A DNA stretch of 64,000 bases from Octopus vulgaris (Eukaryota): positions 12,152,001-12,216,000 of the forward strand of contig OX597835.1 in the NCBI GenBank assembly GCA_951406725.2, written 5' to 3'. Both the position numbers and the translations under genes were made by a program. Of this stretch, positions 1 to 13,890 are shown one piece after another; the stretch's first letter is position 1, and each line of letters starts with the position of its first letter. A model generated the notes under the pieces. That model saw only the letters and a list, made by a program, of their open reading frames with translations. It searched no databases and was not told the origin of the DNA.

Positions 1-72
1 TGTCGGTATCTGCGCAGGTCATCCTAGGTGACTCTTCAGGCAATGACCCAACCAGTTCTAACCTCCGCGAGA

Positions 73-389
73 GTGGAGGCACATGGCCTAGTGGTTAGAG
101 CAGCGGACTCGCGGTCGAGGGATCGCGGGTTCGAATCTCAGACCGGACGATGTGTGTGTTTATGAGCGAAACACCTAAGCTCCACGCGGCTCCGGCAGAA
201 GGTAATGGCGAACTTCTGCTGACTCTTTCGACACAACTTTCTCTCTCACTCTTTCCTCCTGCGTCTTGCAGCTCACCTGCGATGGACCGGCGTCCCGTCC
301 AGGTGGGGAACCTATACGCCCAGGAAACCGAGAAACCGGCCCTTATGAGCCAGGCATGGCTCGAGAAGGAACAAACAAACAAAAGAAAC
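73..389 (+). mobile_element. tRNA-headed SINE, family-C-like head with a different 3' tail, 12-bp TSD
   Basis: A box TGGCCTAGTGG and B box GTTCGAATC. The first ~185 bp resemble family C. The tail CCTGCGATGGACCGGCGTCCCGTCCAGG ends in (ACAA)n. TSD ACCTCCGCGAGA at 61-72 and 390-401. Confidence 0.9.
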
Positions 390-614
390 ACCTCCGCGAG
401 ACGCTTCCTCATCCGCCGACACCATAAAGCACGAGGCCGACCAACACGATCACTACAGCCGGATTCTCTAAATTATTGCGAAACCCTACGTTAACAGACG
501 ATCAAAATAGTGGGAGGATACAATGATGTACTTCCCTGGTGCTACATGTGTATCGGCTTCTCGTCAAAGTGTGCTGGAAGGATTTCCTTCATGGTCTTTG
601 ATTTGCATATATTT

Positions 615-720
615 TGTACCACTTTCATCGACCCCAAAATGGACCAATGGCATAGTTGGCCTCGGCTGGATTTGATCTCAGAGCACAAAAAGGTCGGAAC
701 AAATACCACAAGGTACTTTT
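615..720 (-). mobile_element. old family-A (Meta-domain-like) SINE fragment
   Basis: Diverged match to the ATCGACCCC...AGGCAAAGTCGACCTCGGCGGAATTTGAACTCAG core of family A. Confidence 0.55.
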
Positions 721-899
721 ACCCCACTCTAAAGATTCTGTTCCTTCGCTACCTTAACAATAGAAACATTGATCTACATCAACCGTATTTCATTCATCGA
801 AGTTAATATATTTTACATGGAAAGAAATTTTAAATAAAGTTTGAGCAGAGAAGAATTGCATGTGAAGGAAGCATTTTACAATTGTTAACATCTTTCATA

Positions 900-2000
900 A
901 GTACTTTCAACTTTTCAATCTTTCTTAAATACTTTATATCCTCTCAATTTATCGACTTCATTGTTTGCTCCATTCTAAATTAGGACCTTTTATACAACAA
1001 TATATAGCATTATTCTTGAAATGTTTAACTAAGAATTGCTTTCATTTTTCTTTTGAGTTAAAAATGTCAAAGAAAAGCAGTTCTGGTTGTTTGCCACAAT
1101 AACTTTGGTCTTGCTTTTCAATTATTTTGTCTCTGGACAATAAACTCTTAATGCGGTATGTCTTATTTTTAGAAACTATATATTAATTATGAAAGTATTG
1201 CAACAATAAACTTTCGCCTACACAAAAGAAGATATTCCTGTAACATCATCATAACTTTTATACAACCAGTATCTTGTGTTTGCTTTACGTGCCAGAATCT
1301 TTGAGGAGATAATATTTTATGAATGCACCTTATCGCATGGTTAGAAAATTTGAAGGATACAGAAAAGGACATTAATTATCTTCATATCAACGAACGGGTA
1401 TTTCGGGTATTTAATATTAATGGATATTTATTCGACTCAATTATTAAAATATCATCAAAATGCAGATATGGCCTGATCTGTATTCATCAACACACAATTC
1501 TAGGTTTACTGTCATCAGAATTAAATTTCTGAGACCTAATAGTCATCCAACTTTCCAATTTTCACAAGTGAGTTTTCACTGAAATCTAATTCTTAAAGTG
1601 CAATTTAAAATTACGACAAAAATTGGAACATCTGATCCATATAACTGGAGGAAATTGAGAAATCTATGAAGATAATTAATTGCTAACACAATAAGTGAAA
1701 TACAATTATTCGGATATTATATCATATCCGAATAGTAGTAGTAAATATATTCTTGGGTTCCTGCATTTACTTTCGCGTTTATACCTAATAGAAAACTAAA
1801 TATGGAGACAGAGCGCCCACAGATTACTTACAATGTACTGTTAGAGTCACTTCTACTTATATTCGAAATTCATTAACGTCACAACTCATTTCAATAGCGG
1901 AAGGAAAAAGAGGATCGCCTTGGAGTATTAATAAAGTAACACTGTTCCAATCGCCGGTTGAAATATTTGAATTCCATATACACTGTCGGCTTATAACATG
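900..2000 (-). pseudogene. possible highly decayed Penelope-like RT fragment
   Basis: Minus-strand frames give HFDDILII (YxDD-like) and KQTQDTG (KPTxTG-like) in the expected order, with many stops. Recognised by eye only. Confidence 0.3.
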
Positions 2001-2281
2001 TATAAACCACGCGTTACTTTGTCATCTGCACACAGAGAGAAACACAAGTACACACACACATACATACACACTTTTATATGTGTGCGCGTGTGTGAGAAAG
2101 AAGGCGAGAGAGGCTGAGTGTGTATGTATATGTATATGCAATATACATATGTATACAACCGTATATATACGTATAAGACATATACAAGCTATGAAAATTT
2201 ATATATAGATATATACTGTATATATACACACACATATAAATGAATAAATATATATATATATATATACAGTATATATACAAA

Positions 2282-2470
<189 letters not shown>

Positions 2471-2529
2471 ATGCATATATACATTTTTACACACATATAT
2501 ACAGATACAGATACAGACACAAACAACAC

Positions 2530-2693
2530 GACGGACTTTCACACACTTTGTTTCGACCGAATTCCACTCGAAAGATGTTGGTCAAATGAAAACTATGAGA
2601 GAAGTCACGTGTTCAAAGTGTAGTGCGATGGGATCAAACCGGATGCACGTGTTTCTGAAGCGAACTTCTTAACACCACAGTCTTGCCAGCGCC
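2530..2693 (-). mobile_element. old family-B SINE 5' fragment
   Basis: Diverged match to the family-B head, ending ...ACCACAGTCTTGCCAGCGCC. Confidence 0.55.
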
Positions 2694-4852
2694 AATATTT
2701 CTGTCAATTAGTTTATTTTATTCATAATATTTCGATATTTTAACACTCCAATATGTGTATTATGCATTAATCCAGTTAATCATTTCTCTTCCGTTTTCAA
2801 TTTCATTTTCTAATATCTCTGAACCCCAACAAGGTTTCTTGTACGAATTTACATTTGGCTTCACGCGACTACTCTACAGCGTACTCATTATTATTGCAGG
2901 CACCATTAATAATCTCATTGCCTTATTATCTGGAAGATTGCTTCCCACAGATTCCATTCGCTACTTCTCACTTTGTGAACACGATGGAGCAATTAGTTGC
3001 ATTGTATTTTAACTCAAATTTTCTGAAGAATAGCTTCGTTTCACACAGGTTTCCAATAGGAGAATTGCTAGTTCACTGCATTTAAACTCCACACCGACAG
3101 TTCTTCTTTGGTTTATATCGGACTCGTTCAAAAAAATGTAGCTTGTTTTAATTACGATGCATAAGCGCTACATAGTTGTTTCTTAATTAGGATTCACTGA
3201 TTTTCTTCATGGGTGATTTCGTTGGAAATCAACGCAAGAATGGAAAATAAATTATTATTCTCCATATTACCCAAAAACATTGGTAAACCTTAGACATACT
3301 TAGGCTGGGTTCTCATATTTTAATATTCTCTCATGTTCTCATCATATCCTCACAAATCCCTTTGTCTGAAGAAGAGAACTGTTTAATGCAAGAGAAATTG
3401 ATTTGTCAACAAGAATCTTAACTGATTAATTACATATGCATGTCTGCACTTTACTCCTAATCCACAGGATAAAGGTAAACAGGCCACACACACAAGCACA
3501 CACACATACACACACTTACACATACATGCGTACACGATCATATGTGCATGGTCATATAAAACGATACATACCATCATAACCAGAGCGACAGAGATTCGCA
3601 TGGAGATACAAGTACAGAATCACATTACATAAAACGAAATGTATAAAGTATCATCGATATATATAGGCTTGATGAATAAACTCTAAATCACGTGTCTAGT
3701 TTTTTTTTGTTTTTTTTTTTTGTTGTTGTTTAATCGGTTTCCTTCTTTGTATGAAGATGGTAGGGGAAATAGGTGGCAGTGCTGAAAAAGGTGTGAAGGA
3801 GGAATAGGAAAGAAGCATTATAAAATGAGATGGATTACATAGATAAATAGATAGTTGGGAGATTAACACAGAGGAATTTTAGATGGGAAACTGTTCTGAG
3901 AAAAGGGATTAGGTAAAGTGTTTAGAGCAGAAGTGAGCGCTGTAAGGATAATGAAATGATTGGAAACGATTGTGTTTGTTGATAAAGAGTAAATGGATAT
4001 GGAGGAGTTATATCAAAATTTCTTGTGTAAGCCAGAGAAGTTTCTTCATTGTATCTAACCTCGGTTCTTGTCGTAAATCCTGCACATAATCATTTCTCCA
4101 CAAAATTGTATTTTTCTGGACATGCATCTCTCTCCATATCGCTCTTCAGAAAGAAATGTGCGGAATTTAAAGCTGGATATCAGTTGTGTTGGCAACTCCA
4201 GTCAACCATTATCTTCCGGATTACAAGTGCTTGTAAAATATAGATTGGGTATCATCCCTTTCCACCAAGTACGAATTAATATATTACATACAACCATACA
4301 TATACCTATGTGCATATGAACGTGTGTTTTTATGTAAATGTATGCGAACGAGGCAGAAACTAAGAGAAGTGTATACAAAATATATATCAAGCCCGATTTG
4401 GATAAAAGTCTTTTGTTTTATGAGGGGATATTTAGTTCTATGTTTATGTTCATCGAGAAGTTTAATGCGTTTCTGTCAGTTTCCTCATCTTATTTCAATA
4501 CTATCTTGTAAGAGCTTCATTAAATTGCTCTAACGCTGTAGACGCTGTTTGCTACATCCTTACACAATTATTCTAACGTTATTAACTTTTTCTATCGTTT
4601 GTACTAGTTCTGAATGCTTTAGTTAATGTATTTAATGCAACTGGAAACATGGGATAATATAAAAGTCTTCGGGCAATGTTTGTTCAAGGAAGGAATCAAT
4701 AAGGAAAATTGTTATATATTGATTCCTTCTTCATAAAATAGTAAAAACTGTCCTACCACTAAGAATGAAACGTAATAAAGATATACAACAGAATAGAAAG
4801 TGAAAAATTGCTTTAATTGAAGCTACAGCTGTCACGTATCAACATCTTGACT

Positions 4853-4945
<93 letters not shown>

Positions 4946-6627
4946 CATATATATATATATCTTATTCCACGGTACACAATGGCTAATTTAGTTACTGCCA
5001 GTTATTTTACGGAGAAAATTGTGAGTTATTTTGACGTATTAGTTGTTGTTGTTGTCAAAAATAACTAATCGATCGATCGATGATAATATTTAATTAGTAT
5101 TGTCATCTTAATTATTGGAGCATGTTGTCCTAAGTTTGTGAATTGTAATATTTCAGCCCCGGTTTATAAATAAATTCCCATGAATCAACTGTCCAGCTTT
5201 GATTCGAGAAACGAATATTTTCACAAACTTTACTGGTATTCTTGAGAAATATATGCATTGTACCAAATTCAATTTTCATCGCTGAAATGAATAAACCTGA
5301 TCGTTCAATGATAGTGACCAGTGGTCATGGAAGGCCAAGTAATTGTATATATTGCACAATTTATAAGATGTATAAATATTTATCCTCTCCTAAGGTGTTT
5401 CTTGTAGGAAGATTTGACTGCCGTTGGTAAAGAATGTAAAGTAAATATTAATATGCTTATCTGTAAATAAATTTGGTATCCAGCATCAGAGGAATCTCCA
5501 TCTCAATTAAGTTTCTGGGAATACTTCGGTTGCACACGTTTTCATTCTACAGAACTTTGTAAAACTGTTCGTAAAACGCAGTGAGAAGAGAGAAACAGAT
5601 TGATACTTCCTGACAAACATTGCCAACAAAGTGATGGAGAATTTTGGTCAGGAAAAACAAAGGTTTGCGAAATTCCCCTACATCATGAACATGAGGGTAA
5701 AATCCATTTGCTCGGATAAAGACTGAAGACCTTGGGATGTGGTTCCATAAAGTAACAGAGAAATAGAAAGGAACTTCTTATAGAACTGCACAACATCCGC
5801 TGCAAGATTTTTCTCACTCTTTCTTCTTGTTTCTTATCCCCGACTTCCTACGCAACCGCTGAGCCTGGATTCGCATTCATCCATCCGTCGATGCTCTCGG
5901 TGTCGGGGGGGGGGGGGGGTGACCTGCTTTCTCTTCTGCGGGTCTTACGAATAGCAAAGGACCACGTTTCGGACTTCTCCCACTACAGACGGGACGAAGA
6001 CCGCTTCGCTCAACAAACAAACAGACAAACAAACAAGCAGCAGCCGCACAATCACAGCGCCATTTTGCACCAGCACCCCCCACAAGAACAGCCATGTATT
6101 TCATGTTCGACGGTCGAACTCCCTACAGTTTTACGCCATCTGTTTCATTAAACGTGCTTCGATCTCCTCCATCAGGAAGAGTTAAGAAGGTGACTAAAAC
6201 CGTTCTTTTAGGAATATTTCATCGTATTCCTCAAACAATCGTAACTCATGACCCGTTTTTCCAAATGTTTCACACGCAATTGAGCAGAAGAAAAACAGAG
6301 GCGACAAACAGAGCCCTCTACGGGAGTTAGATCAAGGGAAACGCCGGTTATGGTCAAATGCCAAAGGATATTTACCACAGTTTCTCAATACTTCCCTCCA
6401 CCATCCCTAAACAAAGATGAAAGACCACCTTGGCATTTTATTTTCTCTGTAGCTAGTGTAAGTAATACATGTCCATTTGTTGTTAAATCTCTCTCGAATA
6501 ACAGGAATTATCACCATAAAAACCATACCGTTGTTTTCGCACAAACAAAACAATATACACACACACAAATTGAATCTCAAACCAGTATCAAAAAACCTAA
6601 TTAAGCACAGATTTACGAGATACAAAT

Positions 6628-6727
6628 CGATTTTACGCCTATGTCGGTTATAAATATTCCGATTTTTGCGCCTCTGTTGGTTATAAATATTCCGATTTTC
6701 GCCTGTGCTGGTTATAAATATTCTGAT
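6628..6727. repeat. ~32-bp minisatellite, 3 copies
   Basis: CGATTTT..CGCCT.TG..GGTTATAAATATTC repeated three times. Confidence 0.9.
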
Positions 6728-7330
6728 GTTTTGTCAGTGAAACTACCTGCCAATAGAAATAGCAGCAAGTAGCTATTCCGCAGTCATTCAATTGTAACCT
6801 TAATGTAATCTATAGGAGGGCTCAATGTATCTTTGAATAAAAGACTGGTCTTCCAGTTCCAGATGCACTCCATCCGAAACCCTTCCATGCTTCCTGTATT
6901 TCGATTGTTGTTTATTCACCAGGTTTTGTTGAAGCCGACATGTTCTTGAACTCTCGGCCAGAGACTTTGGCTGCGTTTTCCCAAATCCAGGACTTCTTTC
7001 TTGTTTAGGGAACTTCTTAAAAATTCTACAATACCTACAATGAGAGTAAAAAGTACAACAAAGAAAACAAACACTTAAGTGACAAATTACCTGAAAATGT
7101 TTTGTTGTTTTTGTAAAATCTCAGAAGTGTCTCTAAACATAGAAGAACGAAAAGGACAGTGTAGCAAGCGTGTCCGGACTGTTATACTGCATGTCGAAGC
7201 TTCAAACTCTCGGCACCAAGTCTCGTATGTGTCTTAGGTCTGTTCACATAAGATGAACGACTTCTATCGAACGCATGAATTCTGTTTGTTCATTCAAATA
7301 GTAATACTTAATACTTTCTCTCTCTCTCTC

Positions 7331-7732
7331 TCTTACTTGTTTCAGTCATTTGACTGCGGCCATGCTGAAGCACTGCTTTTAGTCGAGCAAATCGACCCCA
7401 GCACTTATTCTTTGTAAGCCTAGTACTTATTCCATCGGTCTCCTTTGCCGAACCGCTAAGTTACGGGGACGTAAACACAACAGCATCGGTTGTCAAGCGA
7501 TGTTGGGGGGGGGGACAAACACAGACACACAGACACACAGACATATACACACACATACATACATGTATACGACGGGCTTCTTTCAGTTTCCGTCTATCAA
7601 ATCCACTCACAAGGCTTTGGTCGGCCTGAGGCTATAGTAGAAGACACTTGCCCAAGGTGCCATGCAATGGGACTCAATCCGGGACCATATGGTTGGTAAG
7701 CAAGCTACTTACCACACAGCCACTCCTGCGCC
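7331..7732 (-). mobile_element. family-B SINE (tRNA head, CORE-like CCTTGGGCAAGT, internal TA/TG microsatellite)
   Basis: Full-length match to copies at 26954, 35309, 44740 and 59907. Confidence 0.93.
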
Positions 7733-8764
7733 TATACAATGTTACCCCAAAATATATTTTTTGATTCCCCTATATTAATAGATAAACTGGGATTAAACGG
7801 TTGATATGTTTTTTTTTTTTGCTTTTTCATCTTTTAGCGGAGTAGTTTTCAGCAAGATTAAGATTCAAAAAATATTTTCGGACACTTTAAATGTAAATGA
7901 CTGACATGTCTTGCATAAAGCATGGAAATATTTTTCCGAAGAAGTCAACAAGTTAGTTTTAGATTTGTTAACAATAGGAATCTCATTTTCTGAATAATTC
8001 ACATGATGTATATTCGCAACATCTTGAAAACAAAATGTCGACACAAATATTTTGTTGAAGACGCCGTGTGCAATTTGGCGGCGACAGTAACTACTATATC
8101 TTAAAAACATTTTTCTTTCCATATTTCATTCGAAATAGACCAATTTATCTTTAAAATAATAAAGAATTTAGTAACATAACTTCATCGTTATTAAAATAGT
8201 GTTTGGAATGTAAATTAGCATGGAACTTTAATACATAGTTTTAATTTATATCACTTTACTCTTTTCTTACCTTATTACTGTGTTTCAATTACTTCTTGAA
8301 AATAATGAAGAAATTAGTAAAATCGATTTGTCATTATTAAGTTGGTTTCTGGAATACAATGTAGCACGAAATTATGATAGAATACTTTAATTTAGATTTC
8401 TTTAAAACAGTAAGGTTTCATCACAGAACCAGAGGCGGCCCCAGCCGTGGTGGTAGCGAAAGATCTACATAAGATTCGATATGTTTCATATAATCAATTG
8501 TTTAGTAGCATCGTGGTTTCGATGGTTTATATTTTGGGGGCAACGAAGTATGAACGCTGCTACCAGTTACCGCTGAAACCGTCGGTGGGTTGACGCCATG
8601 TCTTCGTTGCAGAACTGCATTGACGCTATTCGGCTTACTGTGTTTTTACTTCGACACATACCTATATATTATAAATGCATACACTCACACAAACATATAT
8701 ATATTTATATGTTTACACACACGCACATATCTATATACATATCTATATATGAGTATATATATGC

Positions 8765-8796
<32 letters not shown>

Positions 8797-8974
8797 TTAG
8801 AGAAAAAAACACCATTAAGCAATTCAAACAATGATAGACGTAAACCAAATCATAAATTTAAAAAATGATATATATTTTTATAAAACATATAACTAGATCA
8901 CAAAAAGTATAAAAATGAATAATCGATATATAATATATATATTATATGTTGATATATAGTATATATATATATAT

Positions 8975-9190
8975 ACTATATCGCCATGTTGATTCGCTAG
9001 CTTCTGCACGCATTTTTTTTCTCTCCTTGTTTCTTTCCGTGTTTCTTTTCTGTGTATCTTTCTGTTGAAGAGCGTAGGCTCGAAACGTAAAAGACTTGTT
9101 TTATTTATATTCCTGAGCGCCATACTAATACAATTGTTTGTTTGTATTCCACCTGCCTTCGTCTTTTGTTTATTTTCATAAAGCTTCCCG

Positions 9191-9192
<2 letters not shown>
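8975..9192 (+). mobile_element. hammerhead-bearing module between (TA)n tracts (Penelope-like pLTR/retrozyme-type)
   Basis: Pyrimidine-rich leader, hammerhead motif at 9057-9094, and a U-rich tail running into (TA)n. Confidence 0.7.
9057..9094 (+). ncRNA. minimal type-I hammerhead ribozyme, A6U core variant
   Basis: TCTTT-CTGTTGA-A-GAGC(GTAG)GCTC-GAAA-CG-TA-AAAGA. Stems I and II pair perfectly and stem III is the ACGT palindrome. Confidence 0.7.
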
Positions 9193-9231
<39 letters not shown>

Positions 9232-9306
9232 TTAAATAGAAATTCAATTGATTCCTTAGTTTGTTGTTCTCTCTCCTTCTCTATCTCACTTTCTCTCTCT
9301 ATGTAT

Positions 9307-9350
<44 letters not shown>

Positions 9351-9435
9351 TGTGTGTGTGTATGTATACATACATATATATACATGTATATATTCATATG
9401 TATATATTCATATATACATACACATATATACATAC

Positions 9436-9467
<32 letters not shown>

Positions 9468-9851
9468 AAACGTACAGATATGTACATATACGACGGTAGG
9501 GCCTAACGGAGGACCTACTGAAGCAATCACCTGAAGACGTGTGATAATGATTACACGACATCTCACCAATGTATTAAAGGTGTAAAAACGTGTCGGAACA
9601 ATTGTACTGATTTCAAATAAAGAATATTGTTCATCCATTTTCATCGGTTATCTATTTAGATAAACTCTACGGATACTATGGAATTCCTGGTATACAGCCA
9701 GTGGCAAGAGCATTTCCACTGTATAACGACATCAGGTAGCCAATAGCAGTGGACGAGCCTTGCGTAGCATAGTACAAGCTTTTTACCTAAATCTTATTTA
9801 ACTACACACACACACACACACATACACACATATGTATGTATATATGTATAT

Positions 9852-9911
<60 letters not shown>

Positions 9912-9939
9912 GTATATATGTATATGGATATATGTATAT

Positions 9940-9996
<57 letters not shown>

Positions 9997-10145
9997 TACA
10001 TATATACATATATATATACATATATATTTATATATACAGACATACGTTTATAAACAAGTATGTATATACACACATAAGTATATATATATATATAATATGT
10101 GTGTATATATATGCTTATATATATATATATATATATATGATATGC

Positions 10146-10188
<43 letters not shown>

Positions 10189-10239
10189 TCCAGAACTAAT
10201 TGAAATTTCAAACTGTCGTTCATATTTCTCGATTACTAA

Positions 10240-10288
10240 ATAAACAAACATTGCATTGTGTGTTTGTGTGTGTGGGAAAGAGAGAGAT

Positions 10289-10335
<47 letters not shown>

Positions 10336-10834
10336 GAGATCAGTTGTTTTCATATTCCAGAATATTCCAGATTCTGAGCAGCCATTCAGTCAATGATTTG
10401 AAAACACATGTTTGAAAACACACGATACAAACGACAATTCAATTCCAAACAGTGACGCACTCATCGCCCACTTGAAAGTTCTGTGTGATTGTAAACACTG
10501 AACACGAGCAAGTTGCCAGCAATATATTCCTGCATTTCTCTACACTTTCAAATAGCAAAACTGTTATTAAATCTTGTTATTTTCTTTCTGAAATAATTTT
10601 ACGTAAGAAAGAAATCAACACTGTGTAAATATTTCCATATATTTCAATACATGGATATCGCTTTTAATATGAGTTACATAAGCAATGCGTCAACCAAAAA
10701 TCAATATCTATTTGACAATATTTTTAATAAATAAATATTTCTAATAAATATGATTGAATAACAGAATTTTAAAATACAATGTTACGTAGCTTTTCTAAAT
10801 TTAGGACTACACACTTTATTAAGCTAGCATGGTG

Positions 10835-10923
<89 letters not shown>

Positions 10924-10994
10924 TAATTATATATATATATATATATGTAAGTGATCTACTTCTAGCATATGGCTGTCCACATTTAGCCCTTTAA

Positions 10995-11047
<53 letters not shown>

Positions 11048-11274
11048 AGGCGGCGAGCTGGCAGAAACGTTAGCACGCCGGGCGAAATGCGTAGCCGTAT
11101 TTCGTCTGTCGTTACGTTCCGAGTTCAAATTCCGCCGAGGTCGACTTTGCCTTTCATCCTTTCGGGGTCGATAAATTAAGTACCAGTTACGCACTGGGGT
11201 CGATATAATCGACTTAATCCGTTTGTCTGTCCTTGTTTGTCCCGTCTGTGTTTAGCCCCTTGTGGGTAGTAAAG

Positions 11275-11329
<55 letters not shown>

Positions 11330-11477
11330 TGCATACATACATATAAATATATACATACACCTACATACACATATAGAGTTGTCTGTGCGTGTTTCTGTGT
11401 GTCTGTTTTCTCGTATATATGTTTCAACCGAAACAAACATTGCATTGTGTGTTTGTGTGTGTGGGAAAGAGAGAGAT

Positions 11478-11524
<47 letters not shown>

Positions 11525-11603
11525 GAGATCAGTTGTTTTCATATTCCAGAATATTCCAGATTCTGAGCAGCCATTCAGTCAATGATTTGAAAACACATGT
11601 TTG
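10240..11603. repeat. local near-identical duplication of ~174 bp (10240-10413 and 11431-11603)
   Basis: AAACAAACATTGCATTG...(GACA)n...GATTTGAAAACACATGTTTG is present twice. Confidence 0.92.
11049..11278 (+). mobile_element. family-A SINE (Meta/Sauria-like central domain)
   Basis: Head GGCGGCGAGCTGGCAGAAACGTTAGC, B box GAGTTCAAATTCC, and core GCCTTTCATCCTTTCGGGGTCGATAAATTAAGTACC. Confidence 0.92.
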
Positions 11604-12284
11604 GCTATAACTCTCTAAAAATGCTTTATAGTTATTTCCCTTACAAACCTGAGCAACGCCGGGCGATACTGCTAGTATTTACATATAGTATATAATGTAA
11701 TATCATATAAACACAGACACACACACATATACATGAAGGTGTTGCAGTCTGTTTGAGGCATACAGGTTTATGTAATAAGCATTGATTTAGAAAGACACAG
11801 CTGTGCATTGTGGGAAGTTATGTATGAATATAAACAAAAATTAAGCATTCTATTAAAACAATAATATTTCTAATAATATTTCTTGAAATATTCTATAAAA
11901 TATAAAGACTTCATTTATTTTAAAATATATAATAATAAATTAATATTTCTGTGGAAAATTTTTTCTAGGAGAGAAGAAAATTGTAAAAAAAAAAACAAAG
12001 TAACATCTTGGAACGTTTCAAGTTTGGGATGAGGCGTAAAACCGCGAATCATTAAAATATGGGAAAAAATCGAATCACAGATCGTATCTTAAGGGTTAGT
12101 TTTGGTTTTGTGTTAATTTTGAGTTCTTTTGCTGTGAATTTCTTGTTTAGCAGATGAGATGAATTTAGCAGGTGCATGAGACGAGAGGGAAACAAAAACA
12201 TTGTGTTGTGGAACCCCCGGTGAGAGTGGGTAGGTGAGCCAAAAGACTTCGCACAGTTTTTTTTTTTCGTTGCTGAGGCTTATA

Positions 12285-12332
<48 letters not shown>

Positions 12333-12348
12333 AGTACGTATGTGTAAG

Positions 12349-12389
<41 letters not shown>

Positions 12390-13037
12390 TGCATACATAC
12401 ATATAAATATATACATACACCTACATACACATATAGATATATATGTTTTATATTTACATATAGTATATAATGTAATATCATATAAACACAGACACACACA
12501 CATATACATGAAGGTGTTGCAGTCTGTTTGAGGCATACAGGTTTATGTAATAAGCATTGATTTAGAAAGACACAGGTGTGTATTGTGGGAAGTTATGTAT
12601 GAATATAAACAAAAATTAAGCATTCTATTAAAACAATAATATTTTAATAATATTTTTGAAATATTCTATAAAATATAAAGACTTCATTTATTTTAAAATA
12701 TATAATAATAAATTAATATTTCTGTGGAAAATTTTTTCTAGGAGAGAAGAAAATTGTAAAAAAAAAAACAAAGTAACATCTTGGAACGTTTCAAGTTTGG
12801 GATGAGGCGTAAAACCGCGAATCATTAAAATAAAAAAATCGAATCACAGATCGTATCTTAAGGGTTAGTTTTGGTTTTGTGTTAATTTTGAGTTCTTTTG
12901 CTGTGAATTTCTTGTTTAGCAGATGAGATGAATTTAGCATGTGCATGAGACGAGAGGAAACAAAAACATTGTGTTGGAACCCCCGGTGAGAGCGGAAAAA
13001 GACTTCACACGGTTTTTGTTCGTTGTTGAGGCTTATA

Positions 13038-13070
<33 letters not shown>
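11320..13070. repeat. tandem segmental duplication (~11320-12330 and ~12380-13070)
   Basis: The ~650 bp block TATTTACATATAGT...GAGGCTTATATGTATG(TG)n and the upstream GCATGCATAC...CACATATAGA block are both repeated at high identity. Confidence 0.95.
11378..11675 (+). mobile_element. Helitron-type insertion with 3' hairpin and CTAG terminus
   Basis: CCTGAGCAACGCCGGG hairpin (11648-11663), then CTAG at 11672-11675 followed by T. Absent from the paralogous site at 12431-12460. Confidence 0.7.
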
Positions 13071-13073
<3 letters not shown>

Positions 13074-13169
13074 CAAATCTTTAGGTTAGTTAAAATATAT
13101 TTTGTATACACATATATATATATACCTACACACACACACGTGTTTGGCGGGTGTAAATGTACAGATATG

Positions 13170-13298
13170 TGTATCAGCTGAAATTGCGAGGATGATCCGG
13201 TTCTTGACTGAAGATTGAATCCTTCGAATGTCCCGTCCGTGTTTTTTGTATCGTCTTCTAAATGTTTTGCGTTCTTGTCCCAGTTTGAATTTCTTTAC

Positions 13299-13300
<2 letters not shown>
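13170..13300 (+). mobile_element. 3' fragment of a TA-associated element family (related to 29455-29590 and 33600-33850)
   Basis: ATCAGCTGAAATTGCG...CTTGACTGAAGA..TTCGAATGTCCCGTCCGTG...CGTCTTCTAAATG...CAGTTT running into (TA)n. Confidence 0.75.
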
Positions 13301-13363
<63 letters not shown>

Positions 13364-13388
13364 TTTTGTGCATTTTGATGTTGACATA

Positions 13389-13491
13389 AGTTCCTTGCTT
13401 TTCCTGATGAGAAAGCGGCATAATGTACTCCTTATTCCTTCGCAATTAGGAATATGCAGCCTTCGAAACATATGTCGAAAATAAAGGAATT
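13389..13491 (+). ncRNA. intact type-I hammerhead ribozyme
   Basis: TTTTC-CTGATGA(13404-13410)-stem II GAAAGCGGCATA/TATGCAGCCTTC-GAAA(13465-13468)-CATATG-TC(cut after 13476)-GAAAA. Stem I extends through TTCCTT/AAGGAA. The module lies between two (TA)n tracts. Confidence 0.9.
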
Positions 13492-13516
13492 TTGTTAATT
13501 TGTCGTTCAACTCCAT

Positions 13517-13607
<91 letters not shown>

Positions 13608-13794
13608 CATACATATACAGCGATAGGGCCAAACGGAGAACCTACTGAAATAATCACCTAAAAAGGAGTATATGTGTGAATGACAAGTGTGAGTCCAAAC
13701 GTACCACACACATATTTGAACTAGTAATAACATTACAGTTACACACTTCACTGCTTCGTGCTCCCCCTCCGTAATTTGCTTACGGTGGACTGTA

Positions 13795-13890
13795 ACTCTT
13801 CTAAAGGCAAATTCACTGCAGCGACCGTGGAGAAAAAAATTCTCTTTTATGGCAAAGGGTGTAAAAACACCATATCTGTCTCGTGTTGCT
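13795..13890. repeat. dispersed repeat also present at 56061-56155 (probably retroelement-derived)
   Basis: CTAAAG.CAAATTCACTGCAG..ACCGTGGAGAAAAAAATTCTCT.TTATGG.AAA.GGTGTAAAAA.ACCATATC is shared by both sites. Confidence 0.8.

Noticed and set aside
2755-4800. Possible decayed Penelope-like ORF pieces
   Set aside because: Only faint motif resemblance (PTDS..YF; ERL..L). Not supportable without a profile search.
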